Source: Deltaproteobacteria bacterium (GTDB taxonomy: Bacteria > Myxococcota_A > Polyangia > Polyangiales > Houyiibacteriaceae). From it: a DNA stretch of 64,000 nt. The DNA lies in the NCBI GenBank assembly GCA_034670305.1, contig JAXMNT010000025.1:1-64000 (forward strand), given 5' to 3'. A model generated the notes under the pieces. It saw only the letters and a program-made list of their open reading frames with translations. It was not told the origin of the DNA and searched no databases. Within the stretch, counting starts at the first letter, position 1, and each line of letters starts with the position of its first letter. The translations under genes were made by a program, and so were the position numbers. Of the stretch, positions 27,478-37,531 are shown piece after piece.

Positions 27478-29538
27478 ATGGGACGTTTTCGTTGGGTGTT
27501 CGTGGGGATCTTGGTCGTGTCGGGCGGATGTGCGGCGGGCGAGATGTTCGACCCCTTCGTCAGCCGAGACCCGGAGCGGTGCGACGGGATGGACAACGAT
27601 GGGGACGGAGACGTTGACGAGGGGCACTTCTGCTCGCCGGGCGAAACCGAGACCTGCGGGGAGGGCGGTCTGCAGACGTGCAGCGGCTCGTGTCGTTGGA
27701 GCGCGTGTGAAGGGGCGGGCGTGTGTACGCCGGGGGAGACCGCGGCGTGTGGCGCGTGTGGGACCCGTGCATGTCAGGCGGACCAGACTTGGGGCGCGTG
27801 CAGCGACGAAGGCGAGTGCGAAGCGGGCACGTCGCGCGCCTGCGAAGGCGGACAGCAACTCTGCACCGCGTCGTGCGCGTGGGACTTCTGCCTCTCGAGC
27901 GAATGCACGGCGGGCGAGACGCGTGGCTGCGGCAACTGCGGTTCGCAGACCTGCGAGCTGCTCGAAGACGGCGCGACGCTCTGGGGCATCTGTTCGGACG
28001 AAGGCGTGTGCGCGCCGGGCGAGAGCGGCGCGTGTGGTCTCGGCGGCGAACACACCTGCACCGAGACTTGCGAGTGGTCGGATTGCGAAGGCACCGGCAA
28101 CTGCTTCACCGGCGCGGAGCGCGGGTGCGGCATGTGCGGCACCCAGACCTGCGGCACCGGTGACGCGGCGGGTCCGTTCGAGTGGGCGTCGTGCACCGAC
28201 GAAGGATCGTGTCTGGCGGGCGAGACCCAGTCTTGCGGGCTCGGCGGCATCCAGACCTGCGGCACCGACTGCAGCTGGGGCGCGTGTTTCGGGGAGGGCG
28301 ACTGCACCGAAGGCGCCACCCGGGATTGCGGCTTCTGCGGCACCCAGACCTGCGGTGCCGACAACCGCTACGGAGACTGCGAAGACACCGGCGCGTGCGA
28401 ACCGGGCGCGACGGCTGGATGTGGACTCGGTGGTTCGCAGACGTGCACCGCGATGTGCGCTTGGGGCGCGTGCGAAGGCGAAGGCGAATGCGTTGCGGGT
28501 TCCACCGAGGCCTGCGGCAACTGCGGCACCCGCTTCTGCGGCGTCGACAACATGTGGGGCGCGTGCAGCGGCGAAGGCACCTGCGCGGCGGGTGGCAGCG
28601 AAGCCTGTGGGCTCGGCGGCACGCGGACCTGCGACTCGGCGTGCAACTGGGGCAGCTGCGCGGGCGAAGGCGAGTGCACGCCGATGCAGACCCGCAGCTG
28701 CGGCTTCTGCGGCACCCAGGTGTGCGGCGGCGACTTCAGCTGGGGCGCGTGCACCGGGGGTGGCGTGTGCGAGCCCTTCGACTCGCAAGGCTGCGGGCTC
28801 GGCGGCACGCAGTTCTGTGGGTCGACCTGCGGGTGGGGCGCGTGCAGCGCGCAGGACACCGGCCTGTCGATCGGCAGCGGCGACTACACCGTGGGTGCAG
28901 ACAGCGCGGCCTACGATTTCGGCAGCGCCTTCACCGTCGAACTCTACGTGCGGGTTGCGGCCACGCAGCCTTCGTCCTTGCCGGCGCTCGTGAGCACCCG
29001 GAGCAACGCGTCCGGCTCGACGTCCGGGTGGCGCATGGGCCTCAACTTCGTGAGCGCCTTCGGTCCGCTCGGGGTACCGCTCATCGGCAGCGGGAGCCAA
29101 GTCTGGGTGCCGGATGCCGGACCCGACATCCGCGACGGAGACCTGCACCACGTGGCCGTCGTCTGTTCAGGGCCGCTCATCTACTACGTCGACGGAGTGG
29201 AGATCGACCGCGAAGGCACCTGCCCGTCTTCGCTGCGCAACGAGATAGCGGCGGGACCGATCGTGCTCGGCGGGGAACCGAGCATCACGCCCGCCTACGG
29301 GTTCGTGGGCGACATGCACAACGTGCGGGTGTGGAACGTGGGGCTGAGCGCGGGTCAGATCTCGAGCCACGCGATGGGCACGCATCCCTCGGCGATGGCG
29401 TCGGGCCTGGTCTCCTGGTGGCGGCTCGACGAAGGCATGGGCCAGACCGCCGCGGACGAGCGCGGCGTCGGGGCGATGACGCTCGGCTCGACGGCGGGCG
29501 TGGACTCGAACGACCCGAGCTGGACCCCGCTTCCCTGA
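27478..29538 (+). CDS. Cys-repeat lipoprotein with C-terminal LamG/concanavalin-like domain
   Basis: Lipobox-like VSGGC, 13 Cys repeats of ~31 aa, and LamG motifs FTVELYV, LHHVAVV, YYVDG, FVGDMHNVRVWN, LVSWWRLDEG. Confidence 0.87.
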   Translation: MGRFRWVFVGILVVSGGCAAGEMFDPFVSRDPERCDGMDNDGDGDVDEGHFCSPGETETCGEGGLQTCSGSCRWSACEGAGVCTPGETAACGACGTRACQADQTWGACSDEGECEAGTSRACEGGQQLCTASCAWDFCLSSECTAGETRGCGNCGSQTCELLEDGATLWGICSDEGVCAPGESGACGLGGEHTCTETCEWSDCEGTGNCFTGAERGCGMCGTQTCGTGDAAGPFEWASCTDEGSCLAGETQSCGLGGIQTCGTDCSWGACFGEGDCTEGATRDCGFCGTQTCGADNRYGDCEDTGACEPGATAGCGLGGSQTCTAMCAWGACEGEGECVAGSTEACGNCGTRFCGVDNMWGACSGEGTCAAGGSEACGLGGTRTCDSACNWGSCAGEGECTPMQTRSCGFCGTQVCGGDFSWGACTGGGVCEPFDSQGCGLGGTQFCGSTCGWGACSAQDTGLSIGSGDYTVGADSAAYDFGSAFTVELYVRVAATQPSSLPALVSTRSNASGSTSGWRMGLNFVSAFGPLGVPLIGSGSQVWVPDAGPDIRDGDLHHVAVVCSGPLIYYVDGVEIDREGTCPSSLRNEIAAGPIVLGGEPSITPAYGFVGDMHNVRVWNVGLSAGQISSHAMGTHPSAMASGLVSWWRLDEGMGQTAADERGVGAMTLGSTAGVDSNDPSWTPLP

Positions 29539-29608
29539 GTCGCGGTGGCCCGCTTCACTGAGTCGCTGTGGGCCGTTTCACCGAGTCCGCGTCGCTGAGT
29601 CCGCGTCG
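29535..29608. repeat. Short tandem repeats (2x23 nt + 2x14 nt)
   Basis: CTGAGTCGCGGTGGCCCGCTTCA / CTGAGTCGCTGTGGGCCGTTTCA, then CYGAGTCCGCGTCG x2. Confidence 0.7.
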
Positions 29609-29705
29609 AGGGTCGCGCCGTTGCGGAGCCGGCAAGCCGGGGTTGCTTCCCGCACGCCCGACGGATGGAGTTCAGAAGCGCGTCGTGGGCCGGTACACTG
29701 CGCGC

Positions 29706-30671
29706 ATGAAGACCGCTCAGGTGACCTCCCTCGATGGACCCGACGCACTCGACGTGCGCGAACTCGACGATCCCACTCCGGGCAAGGGCCACCTGCTGGT
29801 CGAGGTCGCGGCCGCGGGCGTGAACTTCCCCGATCTGTTGATGAGCCGCGGGCTCTACCAGTTGAAACCGCCGGTCCCCTTTGCGCCTGGTGGCGAAGTC
29901 GCGGGCACGGTGCAGGCGGTGGGCGAGGGCGCGACGCGGTTCAAGGTGGGCGACCGGGTGATGGCGCTCACCTTCTACGGCGGCTGGGCGTCCAAGGTGG
30001 CCGTCCACGAGAACCAGTGTGTCGCGGTGCCGGCCGGCATGGACGACGTGACCGCCGCGGCGTTCGCGTTCACCTATGCGACCAGTTACCACGCGCTCGT
30101 CGACCGGGCGCGCCCGGTGGCCGGCGAACGTCTGCTCGTGCTCGGCGCGGCGGGTGGGGTGGGGCTCGCGGCGGTGGAGATCGGCGCGGCGCTCGGCCTG
30201 GAAGTCATCGCCGCAGCGTCCACCGAGGAGAAACTCGATCTCTGCGAGGCGCACGGCGCGACCGGCCGGATCAACTACCAGACCGAAGATCTCAAGAAGG
30301 CGGCCAAGGCGTTTGGCGGCATCGACATCGTCTACGACCCGGTCGGCGGCGACTACGCGGAGCCGGCACTCCGGGCGCTGCGGCCCGAGGGCCGGCATCT
30401 CGTCATCGGGTTCGCCGCGGGCGACATCCCGGCCATCCGGCTCAACCTCTGTCTGCTCAAGGAGTGTGAGATCGTGGGCGTGGCGTGGGGCGCGTGGGCG
30501 ATGCGCCACCCAGAGAAACACGCGGCCCACATGACGTCGTTGCTCGAGCTGTGGGCGCAGAAGAAGCTCCGGCCGCACGTGTCGAAGACGTACCCGTTCG
30601 CAGAAGCCAGTGCGGCCCTGCACGCGATGGACCGGCGCGAGGTGAAGGGCAAGATCGTCCTCGTCCCGTAG
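29706..30671 (+). CDS. NADPH:quinone oxidoreductase family (MDR) protein
   Basis: AGVNFPDLL, PFAPGGEVAG, VLGAAGGVGLAAV, YDPVGG and GKIVL motifs. Confidence 0.93.
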   Translation: MKTAQVTSLDGPDALDVRELDDPTPGKGHLLVEVAAAGVNFPDLLMSRGLYQLKPPVPFAPGGEVAGTVQAVGEGATRFKVGDRVMALTFYGGWASKVAVHENQCVAVPAGMDDVTAAAFAFTYATSYHALVDRARPVAGERLLVLGAAGGVGLAAVEIGAALGLEVIAAASTEEKLDLCEAHGATGRINYQTEDLKKAAKAFGGIDIVYDPVGGDYAEPALRALRPEGRHLVIGFAAGDIPAIRLNLCLLKECEIVGVAWGAWAMRHPEKHAAHMTSLLELWAQKKLRPHVSKTYPFAEASAALHAMDRREVKGKIVLVP

Positions 30672-30754
30672 CAGGTCGCGGAGCGACCTGCTCCCTTGCC
30701 CCTGCCCTTGCCCTCGCCCTTGCCCGCCTTGTTCGTCCCGGGCACGGGCACGGG
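30670..30754. terminator. Hairpin plus (CCCTTG)n tract between convergent genes
   Basis: AGCAGGTCGC-GGA-GCGACCTGCT, followed by CCCTTG-type hexamers and GGGCAC units. Confidence 0.5.
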
Positions 30755-30775
30755 TAAGACCGCCTTGCGGCGTTC

Positions 30776-32743
30776 TTACGGATCGATCGAGAAGACGAAA
30801 CTTCCGCGCGGCTGCCGCAGGTGGCGCTCGGTGATGGTCTGCATCGGCACGACGTCGCCATCGACGTAGCGCGCGGCGAGCGCGTCTGCGGCCGGTTTGT
30901 CCCCAGCGGCCTTGATGCGCACGACAATCGCCATGAGCTCGGCGGCCTTCGCCGCGAACTGGTCGAAGTGGATCGTGAACGCGCCCCGGTCTTCGCCGTT
31001 GGCTGCCTGCGCTTCTGGGTCCCACTCGACCACGCCGTTCTCCATGAGCCAGCCGAGCTGGATCGCGGCGAGCTGGCTGTACGCTTTGCGGTTGCCGCTC
31101 GCGGTGTACATGCCGCGCGACACGTGGCCGAAGGTCCACACCATGGAGTCGAGGTACGTCTCGTGCGCGGCCTGCTCGGTGAGGATGCCGCGTTCGCGCA
31201 GCAGCTCCACGAAGAAGAGCGCGCCCGACTGCGCCTTGAGCTCCTCGAGCATCGACGCCATGCCGCCACCGAAGATCTCCGTGTCGTTGCGGTCGTTGAC
31301 CTTGTACTCGTTCGCCGGCCCGAGGTTGTGGGTGGCCTCGTGGAGAATGGTCGACATGAGCCCGGCTTCTGGCGAACTCGTGTAGAGCGCCATCGTCTCC
31401 GGCGAGAGCAAGCTCGCTGCGGTCTGCTGTCCGCGCGCCAAGCTGTCGGTGTCCGTGTAGAGGTTCGTCATCGCGACGGTGCGGCCGCGGCCCTGGATGG
31501 CGACCGGTCCCCAGTTCGGCAAGCTCTGACCGATGGTCGCGCCGAAGGGATCGCGGTCGTCGCCATGGTTCGAGACGATCGCGATGAAGTCCGGCATGTG
31601 GAACGCGACTTCACGCGCTTCGTAGACGTCCGGTGCGAGCGCCGCGAGCGAGTTCTCCATGTCGCCCTGGATCGGCGTGAGGCGGTCCTGCCAGACCAAC
31701 GATCCCGTGTCGATGCGCGCGAAGGTCATGTGGAACCCGGCCTTCAGCGCGCAGGGGTCCCAGTACACCTCGTCTGGCGCGACGCGGACGTACCACTTGC
31801 TGTTGCGCGCGTTCATCGCGGCCCAGGCTTCGTCGGCCGGCTCCCACTGGTTGGTGGTGAACGCTTGCGCGGCAGCCTCCAGGTAGGCGACCAGCGCGGC
31901 CTCTTCTGGGTCGGCTTGAATCGCTGCGACGGCTTCGCGGAGTGCCGAGGCAACCTCCGCCATCTCTGGGTACGCCTCGGTGTACGGCACCGCGCGCAGC
32001 GCGCCTTCGCCTTCACCGGCCCGGACCACCGTGAACGGGGTCGAGAGCTCGGCTGCATTCGGTTGGCTCGTCAGACGTCCGCAGAAGCCGTCGGTCTGAA
32101 GTGCCGCCGGGTAGACGTCGACCGGCTGCGCCGGGTGGCCTTCGATCGCCGAACACGCGGCTTCGTTCTCGGTGTGCGGACCAAGGCAGTCGCTGCCCCA
32201 GTTGCGCCGGAAGAGCGAGCGGCTCGCGGCGTCGTCTGCGACCTGGTCTTCGAGCGCGGTCATGCCGACCTGGCGCGCGTAGAGCCGGTCCATCAGTCCA
32301 CCGACCACGAGCATCTTCTGCGCGAACGCGCGGTGGGCCGGCGGCAAGGTGGAGAGATCCGTGTGCAGCAGCGTCGGCGCGGTGGTCTCGAGCTCGAGGC
32401 GTACCAAGCGCTGACGCTCGTCGCTCGTCGGGGGCTCGGTCGAGGCCGCGAGGATCGCATCGCGCGCGGCTGTGAACGCCGGCGTCGGCGCACCGTCGGC
32501 TCCGACCCAGGCCGGCGCCTGCGGGTAAAACGCCAGCGTGCGCATCTCATCCGCGTCCGGCTGGCCGTTGTCGTTGCGGTCGGCCTCCCAGAAGATCGGC
32601 AGGTTCAGCCGCACCGCGAGCTGGTTGAAGCGCAGCCGCTCCATCGCGGGGGGCGGGCCGTTCGGAGTCGTGGTTTGGTCGATGCCCGAGGATCCGGACG
32701 GGCCACAGGCGACGACGAGTGCGAGGACGAGAAAACGTTTCAT
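30776..32743 (-). CDS. Peptidase M49 / dipeptidyl-peptidase III-like lipoprotein (HEXXH type)
   Basis: Lipobox LVVAC, IGQSLPN, ILHEATHNLGP, LEELKAQ. Confidence 0.82.
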   Translation of the reverse strand: MKRFLVLALVVACGPSGSSGIDQTTTPNGPPPAMERLRFNQLAVRLNLPIFWEADRNDNGQPDADEMRTLAFYPQAPAWVGADGAPTPAFTAARDAILAASTEPPTSDERQRLVRLELETTAPTLLHTDLSTLPPAHRAFAQKMLVVGGLMDRLYARQVGMTALEDQVADDAASRSLFRRNWGSDCLGPHTENEAACSAIEGHPAQPVDVYPAALQTDGFCGRLTSQPNAAELSTPFTVVRAGEGEGALRAVPYTEAYPEMAEVASALREAVAAIQADPEEAALVAYLEAAAQAFTTNQWEPADEAWAAMNARNSKWYVRVAPDEVYWDPCALKAGFHMTFARIDTGSLVWQDRLTPIQGDMENSLAALAPDVYEAREVAFHMPDFIAIVSNHGDDRDPFGATIGQSLPNWGPVAIQGRGRTVAMTNLYTDTDSLARGQQTAASLLSPETMALYTSSPEAGLMSTILHEATHNLGPANEYKVNDRNDTEIFGGGMASMLEELKAQSGALFFVELLRERGILTEQAAHETYLDSMVWTFGHVSRGMYTASGNRKAYSQLAAIQLGWLMENGVVEWDPEAQAANGEDRGAFTIHFDQFAAKAAELMAIVVRIKAAGDKPAADALAARYVDGDVVPMQTITERHLRQPRGSFVFSIDP

Positions 32744-32928
32744 CGCGCGCGAAGTTGTCCCCTGCCCCGCACGGGCGCAAGCCGGCCGGGGGTGCGGCAT
32801 GGGTTGCGCCGGCGACCCATCCCATCAGCGGGCAACAACCTCGTAGCCCATTCGGGATGGTTTGGGGGTCCGCGAAACCGGATCAGGTCCACGTGGGACC
32901 GATCACGTCGGTGTGGATCCGGAGCTGA

Positions 32929-33861
32929 CTATTTCGACGCGAGCTTGAGAGCGGCCTTCAAGGTCTTGCCGTCAAAGCCGGGCCCACGGTTCTTGAGCGC
33001 GTGTTCGAGGAGTGCAGCAGCGTCTTTCCCGTACGCCTCCACCCAGTCGTAGGCGTAGCGTCCGGGTTGAGTCTTGGGCTTGAAGTGAAGCAGCTCCTGC
33101 GCTCTTTCTGAGCTGCTGAGCGAAGCGACCAGCAGTTCTAGACCGGAGTAACGACCACCTGGCTCGAACGCCTTCATGAAGACCTCCATGTCCTCGTCCC
33201 CAAAAGACGTTTCGCGCCGAAAGGCAAACGCGGTTGCAAAACGCAAGCCCCATTCGTCGTCCCGCAGCCCCTCTCTGATTTTGCGCATCTCGTCGACCGC
33301 GGCGCTCAGCTCATCTCCATCCAACTCGGAAGCCAGTACCGACAGCGCCCACACATAGACGTTGTGGTCGTACCTGCCGGAGAGGACAAACGGGTTGTTC
33401 GGACTGGCAGAAAGATCCTCGATCGACACCGATGGCGGATCGCCCGACAACCGCCTCGTCAGAGTGGCGGAATGAGTCAACACCTCGAACACTCCCGAGA
33501 GCCCGAAGTGCTCGAACCAGAAACGGATCAAGGCGCGTACGTCGGCCCAGCGAAAACGTCGGTCGATGTAGGAACCATCCTGGTCGAGAAAGTAGAGCGC
33601 GGCTCGGTAGTACTCACGAGTGGCGTCGAACTCGAGCTCTTCGGGCGCCGGCGAGTCCGCCGTCATCTCTTCGGAGAGGCGTCCAATGGTCTTCGCAGCT
33701 GCACCGTTGACCTCGAGTGTCGAGCCGTTCTCAGGGCCTCCCGCCCGTTCGAGACACAGAGTGAGCCACGGGGCGTCGTCCGATGGATCGTGTTTATGCG
33801 GTGTGCGAAACCCGTGAAGCTTCGCACGAGTTGCCTTGGTCCACTTGATGTCTTGCGTCAT
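32929..33861 (-). CDS. Hypothetical protein, AT-richer than flanks
   Basis: 310 aa ORF with normal protein composition and TACACT 9 nt upstream of the ATG. Confidence 0.72.
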   Translation of the reverse strand: MTQDIKWTKATRAKLHGFRTPHKHDPSDDAPWLTLCLERAGGPENGSTLEVNGAAAKTIGRLSEEMTADSPAPEELEFDATREYYRAALYFLDQDGSYIDRRFRWADVRALIRFWFEHFGLSGVFEVLTHSATLTRRLSGDPPSVSIEDLSASPNNPFVLSGRYDHNVYVWALSVLASELDGDELSAAVDEMRKIREGLRDDEWGLRFATAFAFRRETSFGDEDMEVFMKAFEPGGRYSGLELLVASLSSSERAQELLHFKPKTQPGRYAYDWVEAYGKDAAALLEHALKNRGPGFDGKTLKAALKLASK

Positions 33862-34002
33862 CGCAGCCGCAGTGTACCGAAAATGAGCGAGCCACGGCCG
33901 ATCGACAACGTAGAAGAGATAGGAGCGGTTCGCGCGCTCCGTCCGGGGGACTCGCTCTACGCTTTTGAACGTGGTCTGAGGGTTTCGTTGGGTGGGTCGC
34001 GT

Positions 34003-34113
34003 CCGACGCCGATGCCGAATCCGATGCCGATGCCGATGCCGATGCCGACGCGGATGCGGACGCCGACTCCGATGCCGACCGATGCCGACGCCGACACCGA
34101 TGCCGACGCCGAC
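34003..34113. repeat. (GCCGAT/GCCGAC)n hexamer tract
   Basis: Period-6 degenerate repeat, intergenic. Confidence 0.9.
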
Positions 34114-34123
34114 GAGCGGGGGG

Positions 34124-35173
34124 TCAGTCGGTGCAGTGGGCGATGTGGTGGGTGTGGGCGCGGCGGCGGGCGGCGCCGACTTCGAACTCTTCGACCACCC
34201 GCTCGAATGCGCGGCACGCGCGGCGGGTCTCTCCTGCGGCCAGCCACATCTCCGCCATCTCGGTGATCGCGTCGTCGCGCAGTAGGGAGTTGGGGAAGTC
34301 GTCGTAGACGGCTTCGAAGGCGTCGCTCGCGGCGTCTTTGTCGTCCAGTTGGTCCCGGTGGATGCGGGCGATCTGGAGCTGGGCGGCGGCGAACGAGGGG
34401 AGGGTGTAGGAGCCTGGCGTCATGGTGCCTTCGCTGCGTTCCAGCATGCGCTCCAGCCGTTCGATCGCCGCGCGTGGCTGTCCGTCTTCGACGTCCATGG
34501 TGGCCAGGCGGACGTTGGCGTCATCCCACCGGTGTCCCTGCGGGTAGGGGTGCTCCGAGACGATGCGTTCGAGTGCGCGACGGGTCCCCGCTCGGTCGCC
34601 TGCCTCGAGCCGCAGCGTCGCCTCCCGGCTCAGGAGGTCGTCGCCGAGTTTGGTCGCGCCCACCGCGTCGTAGAACGTCTCGATGCGTCCGAGCACCGCG
34701 TCCACGCCGGCTTCTTCTTGTAGGTACAGCAGCCGGGTGTGCAGCGCGCGGCCGGCGGGGCCTTCGTCGGGGAACTCCAGCACCACCCGCTCGAGGTCGG
34801 CGATGCCGCGCGCCCGCTGGTCGAGGTGCTCGATGCGGATTCGCGACGCATCCAAGAGCGCGCGTGCGGTGCGGCGCGAAGGCGGCTGGGTCGCGACGAT
34901 GGCGTCGAGGTCGGCGACCGCTTCGGCATGGCGACCGGCACGACGCAAGGCGCGGGAGCGGCGGTAGAGCGCTTCGTCGCGGTCGACCCGCCGGTCGGCC
35001 TCCTCGGCGGCGCGTGCCCAGGCTGCGGCCGCTTCGTCGTACCGGCCATGCCGCTGATGCCGTTCGCCTTCGGCGAGCGCGGCCACGTGGGCGTCGGAGT
35101 GTGGCCGCGAGAGGGTGGGCGGGCAGCCGAATGCGACGCAGCCGAGCAGCGCGAGGCCGAAACGCGCGGTCAC
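34124..35173 (-). CDS. Tetratricopeptide repeat lipoprotein
   Basis: Lipobox-like VAFGC, TPR helices (LERVVLEFPD, FEAVYDDFPNSLLRDDA). GTGA overlap with ltaE. Confidence 0.78.
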   Translation of the reverse strand: MTARFGLALLGCVAFGCPPTLSRPHSDAHVAALAEGERHQRHGRYDEAAAAWARAAEEADRRVDRDEALYRRSRALRRAGRHAEAVADLDAIVATQPPSRRTARALLDASRIRIEHLDQRARGIADLERVVLEFPDEGPAGRALHTRLLYLQEEAGVDAVLGRIETFYDAVGATKLGDDLLSREATLRLEAGDRAGTRRALERIVSEHPYPQGHRWDDANVRLATMDVEDGQPRAAIERLERMLERSEGTMTPGSYTLPSFAAAQLQIARIHRDQLDDKDAASDAFEAVYDDFPNSLLRDDAITEMAEMWLAAGETRRACRAFERVVEEFEVGAARRRAHTHHIAHCTD

Positions 35174-36183
35174 GAGGTCGCGAGGGAGGTGAGCCGCTCG
35201 ATGGCCTGCGCGATGTCCTCGTCGCCGAGGTCGCGGTGGGTGACCGCACGGATGCGCCGCGGGCCGATCGCGCCAAGCAAGACGCCGAGTCCGGTGGCGT
35301 CCACCATCCAGGGCGCGGCGTCGCGCGGTACGTCGAAGACGACGACGTTGGTCTCGACCGCGTCGGCGTCGCATCCATAGCCGGCGTCCCGCAGTCCGGT
35401 GGCCAGGGTGCGGGCGCGCATGTGGTCGGCCGCGAGGTCGTCGAGGTGGTGGTCGAGCGCGAAGCTGGCGGCGGCGGCGAGGAGACCGGACTGGCGCATG
35501 GCGCCGCCGAGTCGCCGTCGAAGCCGAAGTCCGTGCGGGCGCTGGTCGGCCCGCATCGCGATGGCCGAACCAACCGGCGCGCCGAGTCCCTTCGAGAAAC
35601 AGACGCTCACGGAGTCCGCGGGGGCGGCCAAGTCGCTCAGAGACAGGCCGCTGGCGACGTGGGTGTTCCAGAGGCGCGCGCCGTCGAGGTGCACGGCGAG
35701 GCCGTCGGCATGGGCTTTGGCCGCGATGTCCACGATCCACGCCTGGGGGTAGATGCGGCCCCCCGCTTGGTTGTGGGTGTTCTCGAGCGCGACGACCGCC
35801 TGCCGTGGCCGGTAGAAGTCGTCGGGTCGGCGCGCGGCCTCGAACTGGTCGGGGTCGAAGGCGCCGAGTTCGCAGACCGGGTGGATCTGCAAACCAGACA
35901 AACCCGCCGCGGCGCCGCTCTCGTACAGCGCGATGTGGGAGCCGCCGCTCGCGAGGATTTCGTCCCCGGCGCGGGCATGCAGCGCGAGGCCGATCTGGTT
36001 GGCCATCGTGCCGGACGGGACGAAGAGCGCGGTCTCTTTGCCGAGCATCGCCGCGACCCGCTTCTCGAGCGCCTGGACGCTCGGATCTTCGCCGTAGATG
36101 TCGTCGCCAACGGGCGCCTCCACCATGGCGGCGCGCATCGCCGGCGAGGGGCGCGTCACGGTGTCGGAGCGAAGGTCGATCAC
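35170..36183 (-). CDS. ltaE: Low-specificity L-threonine aldolase
   Basis: IDLRSDTVTRP, SGTMANQ, LENTHN, HLDGARLWN, CFSKGLGAPVGS, GGAMRQSG. Confidence 0.94.
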   Translation of the reverse strand: MIDLRSDTVTRPSPAMRAAMVEAPVGDDIYGEDPSVQALEKRVAAMLGKETALFVPSGTMANQIGLALHARAGDEILASGGSHIALYESGAAAGLSGLQIHPVCELGAFDPDQFEAARRPDDFYRPRQAVVALENTHNQAGGRIYPQAWIVDIAAKAHADGLAVHLDGARLWNTHVASGLSLSDLAAPADSVSVCFSKGLGAPVGSAIAMRADQRPHGLRLRRRLGGAMRQSGLLAAAASFALDHHLDDLAADHMRARTLATGLRDAGYGCDADAVETNVVVFDVPRDAAPWMVDATGLGVLLGAIGPRRIRAVTHRDLGDEDIAQAIERLTSLATS

Positions 36184-36186
36184 CGA

Positions 36187-36558
<372 letters not shown>

Positions 36559-36704
36559 TGACCCTTGCTCTGCGTGAAGCCGACACCCGCGCACGACGGC
36601 AGCGGGTATCCTCTGATGACGGGATCGGTATCCCGAGGCGATGGGGCACACAACCCCGAAAACGACCGCCGCACGGGCGGACGCAAACGGCGCGAACTAT
36701 AGAG

Positions 36705-37457
36705 ATGGGCATGGGGCTGTCAACTTGGACCCGAGACGGGAGTTTTTCCCGGCAGTGCACGGCGTTTTCTGCGGCGCCCGCGCCGGCGGTTCTCACCCGT
36801 CCAAGTTCCCGGCTCGCCGTTGTGGTCGTGGCGCTGTCTTGCACGATGGGTGTCATGTCGGCCGGGCGGGCCGAGGCCCAGGCGTCGGACCCATCGGAGT
36901 TCGAGCTGCCCCCTCCGCCCAGCGAGCACGGCACGCAGCTGGCCGGAGAAGCACGTCTCGATGTGGTCTTCCCGCTCGCCCAGGGTCGACTGTGCCCGCC
37001 GGGCGAGCTGTGTGTGTTCGGCGGCGGGGGCGGCGTGGCCGGCCTGCTCGAGTGGCGGTACCCATCCGGACTGGGTCTGGGCATCGGCTACGACGCGTGG
37101 TTCCTCGACGGCAACGGGGTTCACGAGCTCAGCACCATGCAAGCCGTTCGGTTCAGCGTGCGGCGCTTCTTCATGAAAGAACGAGAAGTGCACCCCTTCA
37201 TCGGTGGCGCGGTGGGCGCGCTGCTCTTCGGCGACACGTTCCGGCGCAACGCCTTCGGCGGGCTCGTGGACTTGGTGGTCGGGTTCGAAGTCGAGATTTC
37301 CCCGACCCTCGCGTTCACGGCGGGTGTGATGGTCCGTCTGTTCAGCACCACCGAGTTCGAGTCGCGCAGCGACGGTGTGATCCGCGGCGAACGATTTGGC
37401 GTCGATGGCGCCGCGGCGTTGCAAGTGGGACTGGTGCTGCTGCAGCCCAGCAGCTGA
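36705..37457 (+). CDS. Probable small outer-membrane beta-barrel protein
   Basis: Signal peptide ending AEAQA and alternating beta-strands (VHPFIGGAVG, GFEVEISPTLAFTAG). Start is uncertain. Confidence 0.65.
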   Translation: MGMGLSTWTRDGSFSRQCTAFSAAPAPAVLTRPSSRLAVVVVALSCTMGVMSAGRAEAQASDPSEFELPPPPSEHGTQLAGEARLDVVFPLAQGRLCPPGELCVFGGGGGVAGLLEWRYPSGLGLGIGYDAWFLDGNGVHELSTMQAVRFSVRRFFMKEREVHPFIGGAVGALLFGDTFRRNAFGGLVDLVVGFEVEISPTLAFTAGVMVRLFSTTEFESRSDGVIRGERFGVDGAAALQVGLVLLQPSS

Positions 37458-37531
37458 AGGTCGTTTCTTCTCTGCCCTGCCGTGTTTGGCGCTTGACGCG
37501 CCTTCGGCCTCCGGGTTCCACTTCGGCCCGA

